From positions 11,072 through 75,071 of the forward strand of contig CP174360.1 of assembly GCA_045401155.1 (NCBI GenBank): DNA of 64,000 bases. Direction: 5' to 3'. The first letter of the stretch is position 1, and each line of letters opens with the position of its first letter. The notes under the pieces are model-generated. The model was not told the DNA's origin, did no database searches, and saw nothing but the letters and a program-made list of their open reading frames with translations. This document shows, piece by piece, positions 9,117 to 18,965 of the stretch. The DNA comes from Candidatus Minusculum obligatum (GTDB lineage: Bacteria; Patescibacteriota; Minisyncoccia; Phycocordibacterales; Phycocordibacteraceae). A program made the translations under genes and the position numbers.

Positions 9117-11273
9117 ATGAACGCACAAGACCAAATTTCTGCAGTTTCTCCTCGTATGACCGAGGCAAAAAAGAAAGCACTTAAACGCCTTTCTATTGAA
9201 ACGATTGCCGATCTCCTCTACTACTTCCCTGCAAGATATGAAAATACGAGCGAAGTAGGAACCATTAAAGGTATTGCTCCCGGAGAAGATGTAACGATCT
9301 ATGGGCGTATCAAATCCTCTAAAACAGGAAAGACATTTAAGAGCAGGAAACCCATTGCAGAAGCATCTATTGAAGATGGGACAGGAACCATAAAAGCAAA
9401 ATGGTTCTCTCAACCATATATCGCAAAGATGCTAAATCCTGGCATGCCAATAAAAGTATCCGGGAAAGTAACGGGTACCGAAGGAAAATACTACCTTGCT
9501 AATCCAAAGATTGAACCAATCTCTTCGGTCCCCGCAGATACACACAACACCCTCTTTGAAGGAGATCCTGAGGAGATCCTCTACCCCATCTACTCAGAAA
9601 CAAAAGGGGTCACATCACTTTGGCTTTTCCATGCAGTTAAAAAAGCAATCCAAGATGGCGCACTAAAAGGACTACAAGATCCAATACCAGAAGCACTTCT
9701 AAAGAAGTACAACCTCCCAAAACTTGAGAGCGCATTGATCTGGATCCACATGCCGCAAAAACTCTCTCAAGCAGAAGCGGCACGAAAGCGCTTTGCATTT
9801 GAAGAAGTATTCTTGATCCAAACGCTCATGCAGAAAAGCAAGAAGGAAGCGGAAGAACAAGAAGCGCTTCCTGTAAAGGTAGATCGAGAATCTCTACAAT
9901 CCTTTATTGATTCATTCCCCTTCACGCCAACAGACGCACAAACAAAAGCAATTGAAGATATCGTAGATGATTTTGAAAAGAATCATCCGATGATGCGCCT
10001 TGTAGAAGGAGATGTGGGATCTGGAAAGACAGCAGTTGCCGCGGCAACCACGTACATGGTCGCGACCTCTCGTCCAAAAGGGCAAGACTTTGGAAACCTC
10101 CAAGTGGCGTACATGGTACCAACCGAAATCCTTGCAAAACAGCACTTCAAGTCATTTATTCAATACTTTAAAGACCACCCAATTAAAATTGGTCTCATTA
10201 CCGGAAAGGAATGCTATAAGTTCCCTTCTAAAATTAATGGAGAAGAAGCAACAAGAATATCTAAAGCACAGCTAAATAAATGGGTCGCAAACGGAGAAAT
10301 TCCAATTGTAATTGGAACACATGCGCTGATTCAAAAATCAGTAACTTTTAAGAACCTCGCGTACGCAATCATCGATGAGCAACACCGCTTTGGAAAAGTG
10401 CAGCGACAAAAGATCACAAGGAAAGACACGGTAGCGCCCCACCTACTCTCAATGACTGCTACCCCTATCCCAAGAACACTAGCGCTTACCATCTATGGAG
10501 ATCTTGATCTTACGCTTATCGATCAAATGCCAACCGGCCGGAAACCAATCATCACAGAAGTTGTTCGTGAGAATGAACGAGAGAAAATGTATGAAAAAGT
10601 TAAAAAGCAACTAGAAGAAGGTCGCCAAGTATACGTAATCTGTCCTCGCATAGATGAACCAGATCCAAGCAAACAAACCGCACTCATGGCAAAGAGCGTG
10701 AAAGCAGAATGTGCACGATTAAAAAAAGATGTTTTCCCTGACTACAATATCGATATCCTGCACAGCAAGATGTCTCCAGCAGAAAAAGAAGGGACAATGG
10801 CACGCTTTGAGAAAAAAGAAATCGACATTCTTGTTGCCACATCTGTGGTTGAGGTTGGAGTAAACGTGCCAAACGCAACAGTTATCATTATTGAAGGAGC
10901 TGAGCGCTTTGGACTTGCCCAGCTTCACCAGCTACGTGGACGAGTCATTCGCTCAAACCACCAGGCGTACTGTTACGTATACCCTGAGAGCTTTGGTCCA
11001 ACCACGGAAGAGCGGCTAAAAGCACTTACTACAGCAAAGAATGGATTCGAGCTTGCAGAGTATGACCTATCTATCCGTGGAGGTGGTGAACTATATGGAA
11101 GACGTCAATGGGGTGTATCAGACGTAGCAATGGAAGCAATAAAAAATCTAAAGATGGTTGAAGCTGCACGAAACGAAGCGAAAGCTCTTATCAAAAAAGA
11201 CCCTTCCCTAACAAAACACCCGATCATCAAATCCCGTATCGAAGAAAAAGCTGAAGACTTACATTTTGAATAA
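9117..11273 (+). CDS. recG: ATP-dependent DNA helicase RecG
   Basis: 718 aa; wedge domain, helicase motifs GDVGSGKT, DEQHRFG, TATPIPRTL, and C-terminal RecG domain. Confidence 0.85.
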   Translation: MNAQDQISAVSPRMTEAKKKALKRLSIETIADLLYYFPARYENTSEVGTIKGIAPGEDVTIYGRIKSSKTGKTFKSRKPIAEASIEDGTGTIKAKWFSQPYIAKMLNPGMPIKVSGKVTGTEGKYYLANPKIEPISSVPADTHNTLFEGDPEEILYPIYSETKGVTSLWLFHAVKKAIQDGALKGLQDPIPEALLKKYNLPKLESALIWIHMPQKLSQAEAARKRFAFEEVFLIQTLMQKSKKEAEEQEALPVKVDRESLQSFIDSFPFTPTDAQTKAIEDIVDDFEKNHPMMRLVEGDVGSGKTAVAAATTYMVATSRPKGQDFGNLQVAYMVPTEILAKQHFKSFIQYFKDHPIKIGLITGKECYKFPSKINGEEATRISKAQLNKWVANGEIPIVIGTHALIQKSVTFKNLAYAIIDEQHRFGKVQRQKITRKDTVAPHLLSMTATPIPRTLALTIYGDLDLTLIDQMPTGRKPIITEVVRENEREKMYEKVKKQLEEGRQVYVICPRIDEPDPSKQTALMAKSVKAECARLKKDVFPDYNIDILHSKMSPAEKEGTMARFEKKEIDILVATSVVEVGVNVPNATVIIIEGAERFGLAQLHQLRGRVIRSNHQAYCYVYPESFGPTTEERLKALTTAKNGFELAEYDLSIRGGGELYGRRQWGVSDVAMEAIKNLKMVEAARNEAKALIKKDPSLTKHPIIKSRIEEKAEDLHFE

Positions 11274-11305
11274 TATTTGGTAAGGTTTTTTTGGGAGGTA
11301 TACAA

Positions 11306-11644
11306 ATGATACGCTTGCTCTTTTGTCTCTTTGTTGAAGCGATAATAATCGGAACTGGGTTTTTCTTTCGCTTCTTCATTGCAGCACCCCTTCTTGCAAC
11401 CATAGTTCTTCTTCGTAGCCCTCGAGGCATCAAGAAGGATCGATGGATTGCGTGGCGACTTGTCCGTGCACATAGACTTGGACGCACACTCTCTATCGCT
11501 CAAATGAGCAAACTCAACGACGCGCTCACCAAAGAGCTTATCCGCGAGATTCGAGTACCGATGGGTGTCGACCACGACCAACTCATTCAGTGGGGTCCAA
11601 GTATTGAACTTGTTCCTATTAAGGAACTGGAGGTTCGCGCATAG
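11306..11644 (+). CDS. Hypothetical small membrane protein
   Basis: ORF with N-terminal hydrophobic segment; no recognisable family. Confidence 0.3.
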   Translation: MIRLLFCLFVEAIIIGTGFFFRFFIAAPLLATIVLLRSPRGIKKDRWIAWRLVRAHRLGRTLSIAQMSKLNDALTKELIREIRVPMGVDHDQLIQWGPSIELVPIKELEVRA

Positions 11645-11664
11645 CGAACCTCTTCTTTTTTCAG

Positions 11665-11738
11665 TACGCCCACCAGGACTCGAACCTGGAACCACCCGCG
11701 TATAAGGCGAGCGCTCTAACCAATTGAGCTATAGGCGC
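11665..11738 (-). tRNA. tRNA with anticodon UAU (tRNA-Ile2-like, AUA decoder)
   Basis: 74 nt cloverleaf folded by hand: acceptor GCGCCUA/UGGGCGU (2 G-U), D-arm AGCUCAAUUGGUUAGAGC, anticodon stem CUCGC/GCGGG with loop CUUAUAC, T-arm CCAGGUUCGAGUCCUGG. Confidence 0.6.
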
Positions 11739-11745
11739 ATATTTT

Positions 11746-12408
11746 TTACCCTTCTATATCCTGAAGATATTTCAGGCTCATACTAATATATTCCTTTATG
11801 TCACGATTATCAAAGATAATATTGCACGTACCCCACCCGAACCTTCCTTTATATACTTTTTCTTTTTCAAAAGAAGAATCCTTTATATAAGGCTTCCTGA
11901 ATTTACTTATCGGCATCCCAAGCTCTTTTAACCAAAATAGAGTCACCTTATTTACATTCATATCTTTATATAAATGAAGTTTTACCTTGAGATTATATTT
12001 ACTCACCCCCAAGCCCTCCATCCATCGAATAAAAAACTTGAGTATTGCGGGGTCTGTATTTGAAACAGATGTTGCATATCGACCAGACTTTAAACCCTCT
12101 GCCCAATACAGGTAAAGGCCAGCAATAAACTCTTCTCTTTTGCTTAATTTCCCAATATTTTTTTGCGCTCTCTTATATACATTATCCAAACGCACAGCCC
12201 TCTTCTTTTCCATGGTGGCACGATAGCTTTCTATCCTTTTAGGATTCTTGTCTCGAAGCTTAACAAGCTGCCCTTTTGTTAGTGGCATGTCTCTAAGCCA
12301 TCGACTCAAAGTACTCTTACTAACTTTTACTTCTTGCTTTATTTGAGAGTAGCTTTTGCCAGCCTTACGCAAAGCAATTACTTTATTTTTTTCTTCTATC
12401 TTTGCCAT
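11746..12408 (-). CDS. HTH-domain protein with LAGLIDADG-like motif (possible homing endonuclease-like)
   Basis: N-terminal HTH (ALRKAGKSYSQI...STLSRWLR), later FIAGLYLYWAEG resembling LAGLIDADG; ends 8 bp before tRNA. Confidence 0.3.
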   Translation of the reverse strand: MAKIEEKNKVIALRKAGKSYSQIKQEVKVSKSTLSRWLRDMPLTKGQLVKLRDKNPKRIESYRATMEKKRAVRLDNVYKRAQKNIGKLSKREEFIAGLYLYWAEGLKSGRYATSVSNTDPAILKFFIRWMEGLGVSKYNLKVKLHLYKDMNVNKVTLFWLKELGMPISKFRKPYIKDSSFEKEKVYKGRFGWGTCNIIFDNRDIKEYISMSLKYLQDIEG

Positions 12409-12523
12409 AATCGAACCTTTGTATTATACAACCAGAAATCATTGTTCTTTACTCTCTTTAAAAGCATAGACAAGATTTATGTAATATTGTATAATATAAC
12501 CTGTTTAGTAGGGGGAGTTTGTA

Positions 12524-12712
12524 GTGTTTGAGTTTGGGGAAATTGTTCGTTTGTTGATGCCTCTTCTGGTGACCGTATTAGGCATCTCTCTGTTTTGGGG
12601 ATCTTGGTTGATCTGGAAAATGAAACCGCCAAGAAAACCCACATCTGAAGTTACGGTCACCGAACCTCAAAAGCCATACCGGCCCGGGGATATCGTAAAC
12701 AAAAAGGTCTGA
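12524..12712 (+). CDS. Hypothetical small membrane protein (62 aa)
   Basis: ORF with one TM helix, followed by strong terminator. Confidence 0.3.
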   Translation: MFEFGEIVRLLMPLLVTVLGISLFWGSWLIWKMKPPRKPTSEVTVTEPQKPYRPGDIVNKKV

Positions 12713-12740
12713 GCTCGCGCTCAGACCTTCTGTTTTTTTT
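12705..12740. terminator. Bidirectional intrinsic terminator
   Basis: 10-bp GC stem AGGTCTGAGC/GCTCAGACCT, loop TCGC, A-tract upstream and T8 downstream; serves ftsH (minus) and small ORF (plus). Confidence 0.7.
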
Positions 12741-14655
12741 ACACTCCTACGTGCTCTATATCCTCCTTCTTCTTTGGCGTAATACCATTTGCGATAAGAA
12801 GATCTTCAAACTCCTTCCGCTCAAGCGTCTCAACTTCAATAAGCTTTTGCGCAATTGCGTCAAGCACATCACGATGCTTTGTAAGAATTTTTGTTGCCTC
12901 TTCTTTTGCATCCGTAATAATTTTTGTAACCTCTGCATCAATCATTGCAGACACTTCCTCTGAATACTCTTTTGGATTTCCACCCATACCAAAGAGCGGC
13001 TTTCCTCCCTCGCTTTCAAGTGCAACGGGTCCAACCTTCTCACTCATACCCCACTTCGTAACCATATTGCGTGCAAGATTTGTAAGCACCTGAAGATCAT
13101 TAGATGGTCCAGTAGTTAGATCGCCAAAGATCATCTCCTCTGCAACATATCCTCCAAGTGTCACCGCGATATCATCATGAAACTCTTTCTTTGAATGCAT
13201 GCGCTTATCTTCAAACGGGAGATTCATTGTGTACCCTGCCGCTCGTCCACGAGAGACAATAGAGATCTTGTGTACCGGATCAGCATACGGAAGCACTGAA
13301 CCAACAAGTGCATGCCCCGCTTCATGATATGCAGTAATCTCTTTTTCTTTTTTATTTAGAATATGACTCTTCCGCTCAGGTCCAAGCATTACCTTTTCGA
13401 TAGAACGAATAAGGTCATACTGTGTAATAGTCTTTCGATTCTCACGCGCAGCTAAGATTGCTCCCTCATTCATAAGTGACTGAAGCTCTGCACCAGAAAA
13501 TCCAGGGGTTCGCTCTGCGATAACCGTAATATCTACATCATCATGTAGCGGCTTCTTACGCGCGTGAATCTTAAGAATCTCTTCTCGATCCTTTCGATCT
13601 GGTACATCAATCGTGATGCGTCGATCAAATCGCCCTGGGCGAAGAAGTGCTGGATCAAGTACATCTGGTCGGTTTGTAGCGGCCATCACAATCACCTTGT
13701 CATTTGGCTCAAATCCATCCATCTCAACAAGAATCTGATTAAGCGTTTGCTCTCGCTCGTCATTTCCCCCACCCTGACCTACACCACGAGCACGTCCTAC
13801 CGCATCAATCTCATCTACAAAGATAATTGCAGGGGCAACTTGCTTTGCCATCTTAAAGAGATCTCGCACACGAGACGCTCCCACTCCCACAAACATCTCC
13901 ACAAACTCAGATCCTGAGATTGAGAAGAATGGCACACCCGCCTCTCCAGCTACCGCACGTGCAAGAAGTGTCTTTCCTGTACCTGGTGCTCCCATCAGAA
14001 GCATTCCCTTTGGAATACGTGCCCCAATATCTAAGAATTTCTTTGGAGACTTTAGAAACTCAACAACCTCGGCAAGCTCTTCTTTAGCTTCTTTCGCTCC
14101 CGCAACATCAGCAAAGGTAACGCGCTGATTCTTATCTGCAGGATCAATCATGCGTGCCTTACTCTGTCCAAAGCTTAGTGCTTGCATGCCAGCCCCCTTC
14201 ACTTGGCGCGTCAAAAACCAGAACAAGAATACAAGGAAGATAAGTGGGATAAGGAATGGCCCAAGCGTCATAAACCAGAACCCGAATCCGCTCTCACTTT
14301 TAATAGACACATCAATTGCCTGCAGACTCTCTGCTGATACACCGTAATTAGAAAGCGTGTCGGTAATCGCAGTATTTACTTCTTTCTTAGACTTTTTCTC
14401 TACCCCCTCCTCTACATACAAAATAGCAAGGTTGTCTCCTGACACTTCAATAGAAGAGACAAGTCCCGCTTCTACATCCTTTGCAACTTGAGAGAGCGCA
14501 ACTTCTTCAGGAGCAGATCCATCTCCAGCAAAGACACTAAAGAGCGTCATCAGGAGCAAAATCGCTACAATTCCGGTTAATAGATTAGAAATAAATGGTA
14601 CGTGTGGAAGTTTCTTTTTTCCTTTTTTTGCTTGCTTTTTCTTAGGGGTACTCAT
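12739..14655 (-). CDS. ftsH: ATP-dependent zinc metalloprotease FtsH
   Basis: 638 aa; two N-terminal TM, AAA motifs GPPGTGKT-like ([13 protein letters not shown]), SRH, zinc motif HEAGHAL. Confidence 0.9.
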   Translation of the reverse strand: MSTPKKKQAKKGKKKLPHVPFISNLLTGIVAILLLMTLFSVFAGDGSAPEEVALSQVAKDVEAGLVSSIEVSGDNLAILYVEEGVEKKSKKEVNTAITDTLSNYGVSAESLQAIDVSIKSESGFGFWFMTLGPFLIPLIFLVFLFWFLTRQVKGAGMQALSFGQSKARMIDPADKNQRVTFADVAGAKEAKEELAEVVEFLKSPKKFLDIGARIPKGMLLMGAPGTGKTLLARAVAGEAGVPFFSISGSEFVEMFVGVGASRVRDLFKMAKQVAPAIIFVDEIDAVGRARGVGQGGGNDEREQTLNQILVEMDGFEPNDKVIVMAATNRPDVLDPALLRPGRFDRRITIDVPDRKDREEILKIHARKKPLHDDVDITVIAERTPGFSGAELQSLMNEGAILAARENRKTITQYDLIRSIEKVMLGPERKSHILNKKEKEITAYHEAGHALVGSVLPYADPVHKISIVSRGRAAGYTMNLPFEDKRMHSKKEFHDDIAVTLGGYVAEEMIFGDLTTGPSNDLQVLTNLARNMVTKWGMSEKVGPVALESEGGKPLFGMGGNPKEYSEEVSAMIDAEVTKIITDAKEEATKILTKHRDVLDAIAQKLIEVETLERKEFEDLLIANGITPKKKEDIEHVGV

Positions 14656-14680
14656 AGGGTGCTATTATACACAACGACAT

Positions 14681-15127
14681 ATGGCCACACTAGTTACTAA
14701 TAAAAAGGCACACTTTGATTTTGAAATTCTCGAAGAGTTTGAAGCGGGTGCTGAGCTCTTCGGACACGAAGTAAAGTCTCTAAAGAACAATCAGGGCTCA
14801 CTTATAGGAGCGCGCGTGCTTATCCGTGGTGGTGAAGCACTCCTTGTAGGCGCTTCTATTCCCCCATACCAACAAACAAATACAAAAGAAGAATACGATC
14901 CAGAGCGTGCACGACGTCTCCTACTATCTAAAAAAGAAATCGCGGAAATAGCACGGGCAGAAGATGAGTCTGGTTTGACCGCTATTCCACTTTCATGGTA
15001 TAATAAAGGTAGATTAGTGAAGCTTAAAATTGCAATCGCAAAGGGTAAAAAGAAGGGAGATAAGCGAGAAACAATTAAAAAACGTGATGTCTTTAGAGAC
15101 ATTGCAAGAAGCTTTAAGATTCGCTAG
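14681..15127 (+). CDS. smpB: SsrA-binding protein SmpB
   Basis: 148 aa; conserved N-term NKKAHFDFEILE...AG..L.G.EVKS. Confidence 0.9.
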   Translation: MATLVTNKKAHFDFEILEEFEAGAELFGHEVKSLKNNQGSLIGARVLIRGGEALLVGASIPPYQQTNTKEEYDPERARRLLLSKKEIAEIARAEDESGLTAIPLSWYNKGRLVKLKIAIAKGKKKGDKRETIKKRDVFRDIARSFKIR

Positions 15128-15470
15128 ATTTATACAAGAGCACATTACATTTCAGTTTTGTGTGAGGCAGAAAGAAGGAGTACAACTCATGCCAAAAATC
15201 AGTAAGAATATTGATACGTTGTTTTTAACTGCGACCGGACACTCATATTTTGAAGTCCTTCAGCACACGGATCCTTCGGGAATGCGTTCTACGCATATCG
15301 AAGACCCTGATGCTGACGTATTTGATTACGAGCTTGGTGAACCGAACGGAACACCAATTGATCATATTTTCTAAATTGATCTTGGGGGAAAACATATTAT
15401 TGCGTTCCCCCTGCCAACAGAGAACTGAAATGTCATTCGCAGAAAGGACGGTATATATACTTTCTTTCCT

Positions 15471-15857
15471 GGGGATGATCGGCTTCGACGATCTTGTTCC
15501 TTGATACTGTGCGACATCGTGCACGTTCATCAACACGCAAAATTGTGAACACCATATAGATGCAAAAAATACATTTGCACGTGTACTTTCACCTATTCAA
15601 CTAGGTGATCTTGCATTCGCTCGCGCTTAAGCTGTAGCGGCTCAGTACTATCCTTTTCTTGTGGGGAGCGTACATGAGGTCATCTCGCAAGATCGGAGAC
15701 ATAATTCGTCTAATTATTTCTCTTAAATCTTAAGACTCGACGTGACTGGGTTTGGTTTACTTACTACCATCACGTTTAAACCCAATAAGTAAACTACGTG
15801 TCGTAGATGCATTATCAAGATCATTTTCGGACGCGGGTTCGATTCCCGCCATCTCCA
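15471..15857 (+). ncRNA. ssrA: tmRNA (ssrA), standard one-piece
   Basis: 5' GGGGATGATCGGCTTCGACG... pairs with 3' acceptor CATCTCC+A; T-arm GCGGGTTCGATTCCCGC; putative tag frame ...GCA AAA AAT ACA TTT GCA CGT ... GCT CGC GCT TAA ending 15630; adjacent to smpB. Confidence 0.75.
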
Positions 15858-15873
15858 CATAATTTTGAACTTG

Positions 15874-15907
15874 AAAAGAACCCTCTTATAATAAGAGGGT
15901 TCTTTTC
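15874..15907 (+). terminator. Intrinsic terminator after tmRNA
   Basis: Stem GAACCCTCTT/AAGAGGGTTC with loop ATAAT then TCTTTTC. Confidence 0.6.
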
Positions 15908-15921
15908 AACAATGGAGAAGA

Positions 15922-16527
15922 GTGATGACATCACCAAACAAGAACCTGAAATACCTTTCAATTGAGGCACTTTTGCAGTTAATTGAAAGCCCGCATCGGG
16001 AAATTTGCGAGCGCATTCTCGCAGATAACCGAGCACTTTTCGAGACAGCCCGCGGATCAACGTTCAATCATCAAACATGGGATGGTGGGTACATTGACCA
16101 TATAACCGACTGCTTGAATATTGCCTACCAACTATACGGACACCTTTGCCGCTTCGGACGAACGGTCCCGTTCTCAGTATCTGATGCACTTTTGGTGCTT
16201 TTCATCCATGACCTTGAAAAGCCATGGAAAATTCAAGTGAATACTGATGGTAGTGTTTCGTTGCGTGACGGTCTTCAAACAAAGGAGGACTTTGCACGTT
16301 TTCGTGATGAGAAACTTGCCGAATATGGACTTTCGCTCAATGCGGTGCAGGCAAATGCATTCAAATATGTAGAGGGCGAATACAAGGACTATTCAAGCAA
16401 GCATCGCGTCATGAACGAACTTGCTGCATTTTGCCACATGGTAGATACATGGTCTGCTCGTGGCTGGTACGACTATCCGAAAGTTGATGATGAATGGCCT
16501 GGTGCCACTCGTTTTCGGACTGCGTAA
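15922..16527 (+). CDS. HD-domain phosphohydrolase
   Basis: H...HD motifs (GGYIDH, FIHDLEKPW); GTG/ATG start at 15922/15925 with GGAGAAG RBS. Confidence 0.55.
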   Translation: MMTSPNKNLKYLSIEALLQLIESPHREICERILADNRALFETARGSTFNHQTWDGGYIDHITDCLNIAYQLYGHLCRFGRTVPFSVSDALLVLFIHDLEKPWKIQVNTDGSVSLRDGLQTKEDFARFRDEKLAEYGLSLNAVQANAFKYVEGEYKDYSSKHRVMNELAAFCHMVDTWSARGWYDYPKVDDEWPGATRFRTA

Positions 16528-16586
16528 CCTTCTCTATTACCTTTGCTCTATTCTGTTTGGGGCCCGCGCAACTGCCTGGGCCTCTT

Positions 16587-16925
16587 TTATTTCTTAAACA
16601 CCAACGCTAGCGCCATAAACGCCAACCCCACATCTCTAATACCAGATGGTGTATTCCCTAGCGAGAATGCGATGCCAAATAAATGGAGCGCAACAATAGC
16701 AGCACTTACGCGTAAAAAGATACCAAAGAGAATAAAAGCACCTAGCACAATCTCTACCCCTCCATTAAGCAATACAATCAACTCAGGAGATATTGGAGAA
16801 ATACCAACCAACCACTCTGGAAGGAAGAACGTCCAATTAGATGGTTCTAATACCTGACTTCCCCCAAACCAAAAGAGGATAATCGCAAGACCGATACGAA
16901 GAATTAATTGCGTATCAATTTTCAT
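16587..16925 (-). CDS. DoxX-family membrane protein
   Basis: 4 predicted TM, DoxX-like LAIILFWFGGSQVL pattern; start at MKIDTQ. Confidence 0.5.
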   Translation of the reverse strand: MKIDTQLILRIGLAIILFWFGGSQVLEPSNWTFFLPEWLVGISPISPELIVLLNGGVEIVLGAFILFGIFLRVSAAIVALHLFGIAFSLGNTPSGIRDVGLAFMALALVFKK

Positions 16926-16926
16926 A

Positions 16927-17340
16927 CTATGACTGCGCACCCTCGATTACACCAAGTGTTCCAACAAAATTCCCAACTTCTGGAAGTAGATTTTGCTGCT
17001 TCTCTCCATGCTGTCCCTCAAACGCTTTAGTAAACTCCTCGCTTGTCCCACAATACTGCGCGATAGCAGCTGATCCCCCAGGATGCTTACTAAGCCAGTC
17101 GGTTACATCATATACAGTGCCTTTATACGCAATCCAGCAATCATCTGCTGAATTATGCATTGCAAGATCCTCCTCTGAGATCATTGGTGCAAATCCACCC
17201 GTATTTCCATTATTTTCTCCCTCTACTACCTGCTCTTCATTGCCTACTACCGGAGCTTGTAAATCTCCTGCTCTCCAGAGCAAAAGCCCTCCTACAAGTA
17301 CGATAATAAAGACTGCGATTGTTATTGTTGCTTTATTCAT
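16927..17340 (-). CDS. Cytochrome b5-like heme-binding domain protein, membrane anchored
   Basis: N-terminal TM then HPGG motif and conserved aromatic pattern of Cyt-b5 fold. Confidence 0.5.
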   Translation of the reverse strand: MNKATITIAVFIIVLVGGLLLWRAGDLQAPVVGNEEQVVEGENNGNTGGFAPMISEEDLAMHNSADDCWIAYKGTVYDVTDWLSKHPGGSAAIAQYCGTSEEFTKAFEGQHGEKQQNLLPEVGNFVGTLGVIEGAQS

Positions 17341-17420
17341 ATAACTAAAAGTATACCGCAAACTATATAGTACGGAATTCATTGACAATCTTATAAAAAG
17401 TATGTATTTTCATTGCAGCA

Positions 17421-17750
17421 TTGGAGGAAGTCATGAACTTTTCACTTTCGGATCTTTCCGGAAAACAAATCCTTTTTATTGTCCCTCTTTCTTCGGGAAT
17501 CAGTGAAGAAGAGTATGTCGAGATGGGGTCTGTGATCTCAATCGATCCAGATCACGAAAAGGCGTTTGTTTCTTTTTTGTACCATGGGTACAAGAGCGCA
17601 GCCGACCCCATTCCTTTCTCACACATCCTTGCGGTGTATGACGAAAATGGCGAACGTCTGAAAATTGCAAACTTTTCAGGCCCTTCGATCGACCTGCGCG
17701 ACAAAGCACCTTTTGGCACTCACAAAATGGAAGCCCGGGCGTGCGCTTGA
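17421..17750 (+). CDS. Hypothetical protein (109 aa)
   Basis: ORF followed by intrinsic terminator (17759-17790: AGCCACCGA/TCGGTGGCT + T-rich). Confidence 0.3.
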   Translation: MEEVMNFSLSDLSGKQILFIVPLSSGISEEEYVEMGSVISIDPDHEKAFVSFLYHGYKSAADPIPFSHILAVYDENGERLKIANFSGPSIDLRDKAPFGTHKMEARACA

Positions 17751-17858
17751 AGAATTTTAGCCACCGACTCACCTCGGTGGCTATTCTTTAATTAGAGGGC
17801 TTAAAACCATTGCGAACAGCACCTCTACATGGTATAGTCCTAGCCACAATCCAACGCT

Positions 17859-18398
17859 TTGAAAAACGAACGAATACGAATAAATGAAGAAATTCGCGCG
17901 AAGGAGCTTCGCGTAGTCGGCGCCGACGGCGCCAATTTAGGTGTTATTTCACTTAGTGAAGCTCTAAAGGCAGCGACGGATGCTGGACTAGATCTTATTG
18001 AGATCTCTCCAAAAGCAAAACCGCCAGTTGCCAAGGTGATGGATTATGGTAAATTCCAGTACGAGCAGAAGAAGAAGGACAGCGCAATGCGCGCAAAGAG
18101 TAAGCCTACAGAGACCAAGAGTGTCCAGGTAAAAATGGGTACTGGCGAGCACGACAAAATGCTTAAAGCAAAACGTGCAGCCGAATGGCTCTCTGAAGGA
18201 CATCGCGTAAAAGTAGAGCTGTTCTTAAAAGGTCGGTACAAATATATGGACCAAGCGCTTCTTAGAGGAAAGCTTGAGGACTTCCTAAAGGTAATTCCTC
18301 ACGCATTTAAGATCGCAGACCCTATTCGTAAAGTTCCAAAAGGATTTGCAACCGTAATCGAACGGGACAACCAAAAGAAAAACCATGAAGACAAATAA
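17859..18398 (+). CDS. infC: Translation initiation factor IF-3
   Basis: IF3 N and C domain conservation (INEEIRA.ELRVVGADGANLGV); non-ATG start (TTG in track; native start may be AUU/AUA nearby). Confidence 0.85.
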   Translation: MKNERIRINEEIRAKELRVVGADGANLGVISLSEALKAATDAGLDLIEISPKAKPPVAKVMDYGKFQYEQKKKDSAMRAKSKPTETKSVQVKMGTGEHDKMLKAKRAAEWLSEGHRVKVELFLKGRYKYMDQALLRGKLEDFLKVIPHAFKIADPIRKVPKGFATVIERDNQKKNHEDK

Positions 18399-18570
18399 GT
18401 CATTCACAAAAAGACTCAAGACGACAAAGACAGGAAAGATTGTGGGTCGGGCTAAAGGCCAGGACCACTACAACGCCAAGGAAGGTCGAAAGACCAAGAC
18501 CGCAAAGCGTCGAACTGTCTCAATCGCAATGAGTAATAAAAGTAAGCGTCGATTTCTTCCACGCGCATAA
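18385..18570 (+). CDS. rpmI: 50S ribosomal protein L35
   Basis: 61 aa very basic, KTKTAKRR...RRFLPR pattern; infC-rpmI-rplT order. Confidence 0.85.
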   Translation: MKTNKSFTKRLKTTKTGKIVGRAKGQDHYNAKEGRKTKTAKRRTVSIAMSNKSKRRFLPRA

Positions 18571-18581
18571 TTTTTAGTACT

Positions 18582-18929
18582 ATGGCACGAGCAACAGCAG
18601 GAGTAGCACGAAACAAGCACCGAAAGGAAATCCTTAAGCGAACAAAAGGATACCGATGGGGGCGAAAGAATAAAGAGCGACTAGCACGTCAGGCGCTATT
18701 TAATGCAGGAGAGTATGCATTTGCTCACCGAAAAGATAAGAAGAATGACTTCAGAAAGCTTTGGATCACTCGCATCAACGCAGCAATCCGAAACCTAGGA
18801 TTTGGATCATACAGCAAGCTTATCGACACCCTAAAGAAAAAGAATGTTGAGCTAGACCGAAAGGCTCTCGCAACACTCGCAAAAGACAAACCTGAAGTAT
18901 TCGAACGAGTAATCAAGGAAGTATCATAA
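18582..18929 (+). CDS. rplT: 50S ribosomal protein L20
   Basis: 115 aa, MARATAGVARNKHRK... L20 signature. Confidence 0.9.
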   Translation: MARATAGVARNKHRKEILKRTKGYRWGRKNKERLARQALFNAGEYAFAHRKDKKNDFRKLWITRINAAIRNLGFGSYSKLIDTLKKKNVELDRKALATLAKDKPEVFERVIKEVS

Positions 18930-18932
18930 GTA

Positions 18933-18955
18933 AAAAGCGCCAGATGGCGCTTTTT
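18933..18955 (+). terminator. Intrinsic terminator after rplT
   Basis: GCGCC AGAT GGCGC stem-loop flanked by A5 and T5. Confidence 0.65.
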
Positions 18956-18965
18956 ACATTCCAAC

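Noticed and set aside
15030-15374. 114-aa plus ORF overlapping the smpB 3' end and running toward ssrA
   Set aside because: Overlaps smpB in another frame; only the distal ~60 aa could be independent and there is no convincing RBS; region better explained as smpB-ssrA spacer.
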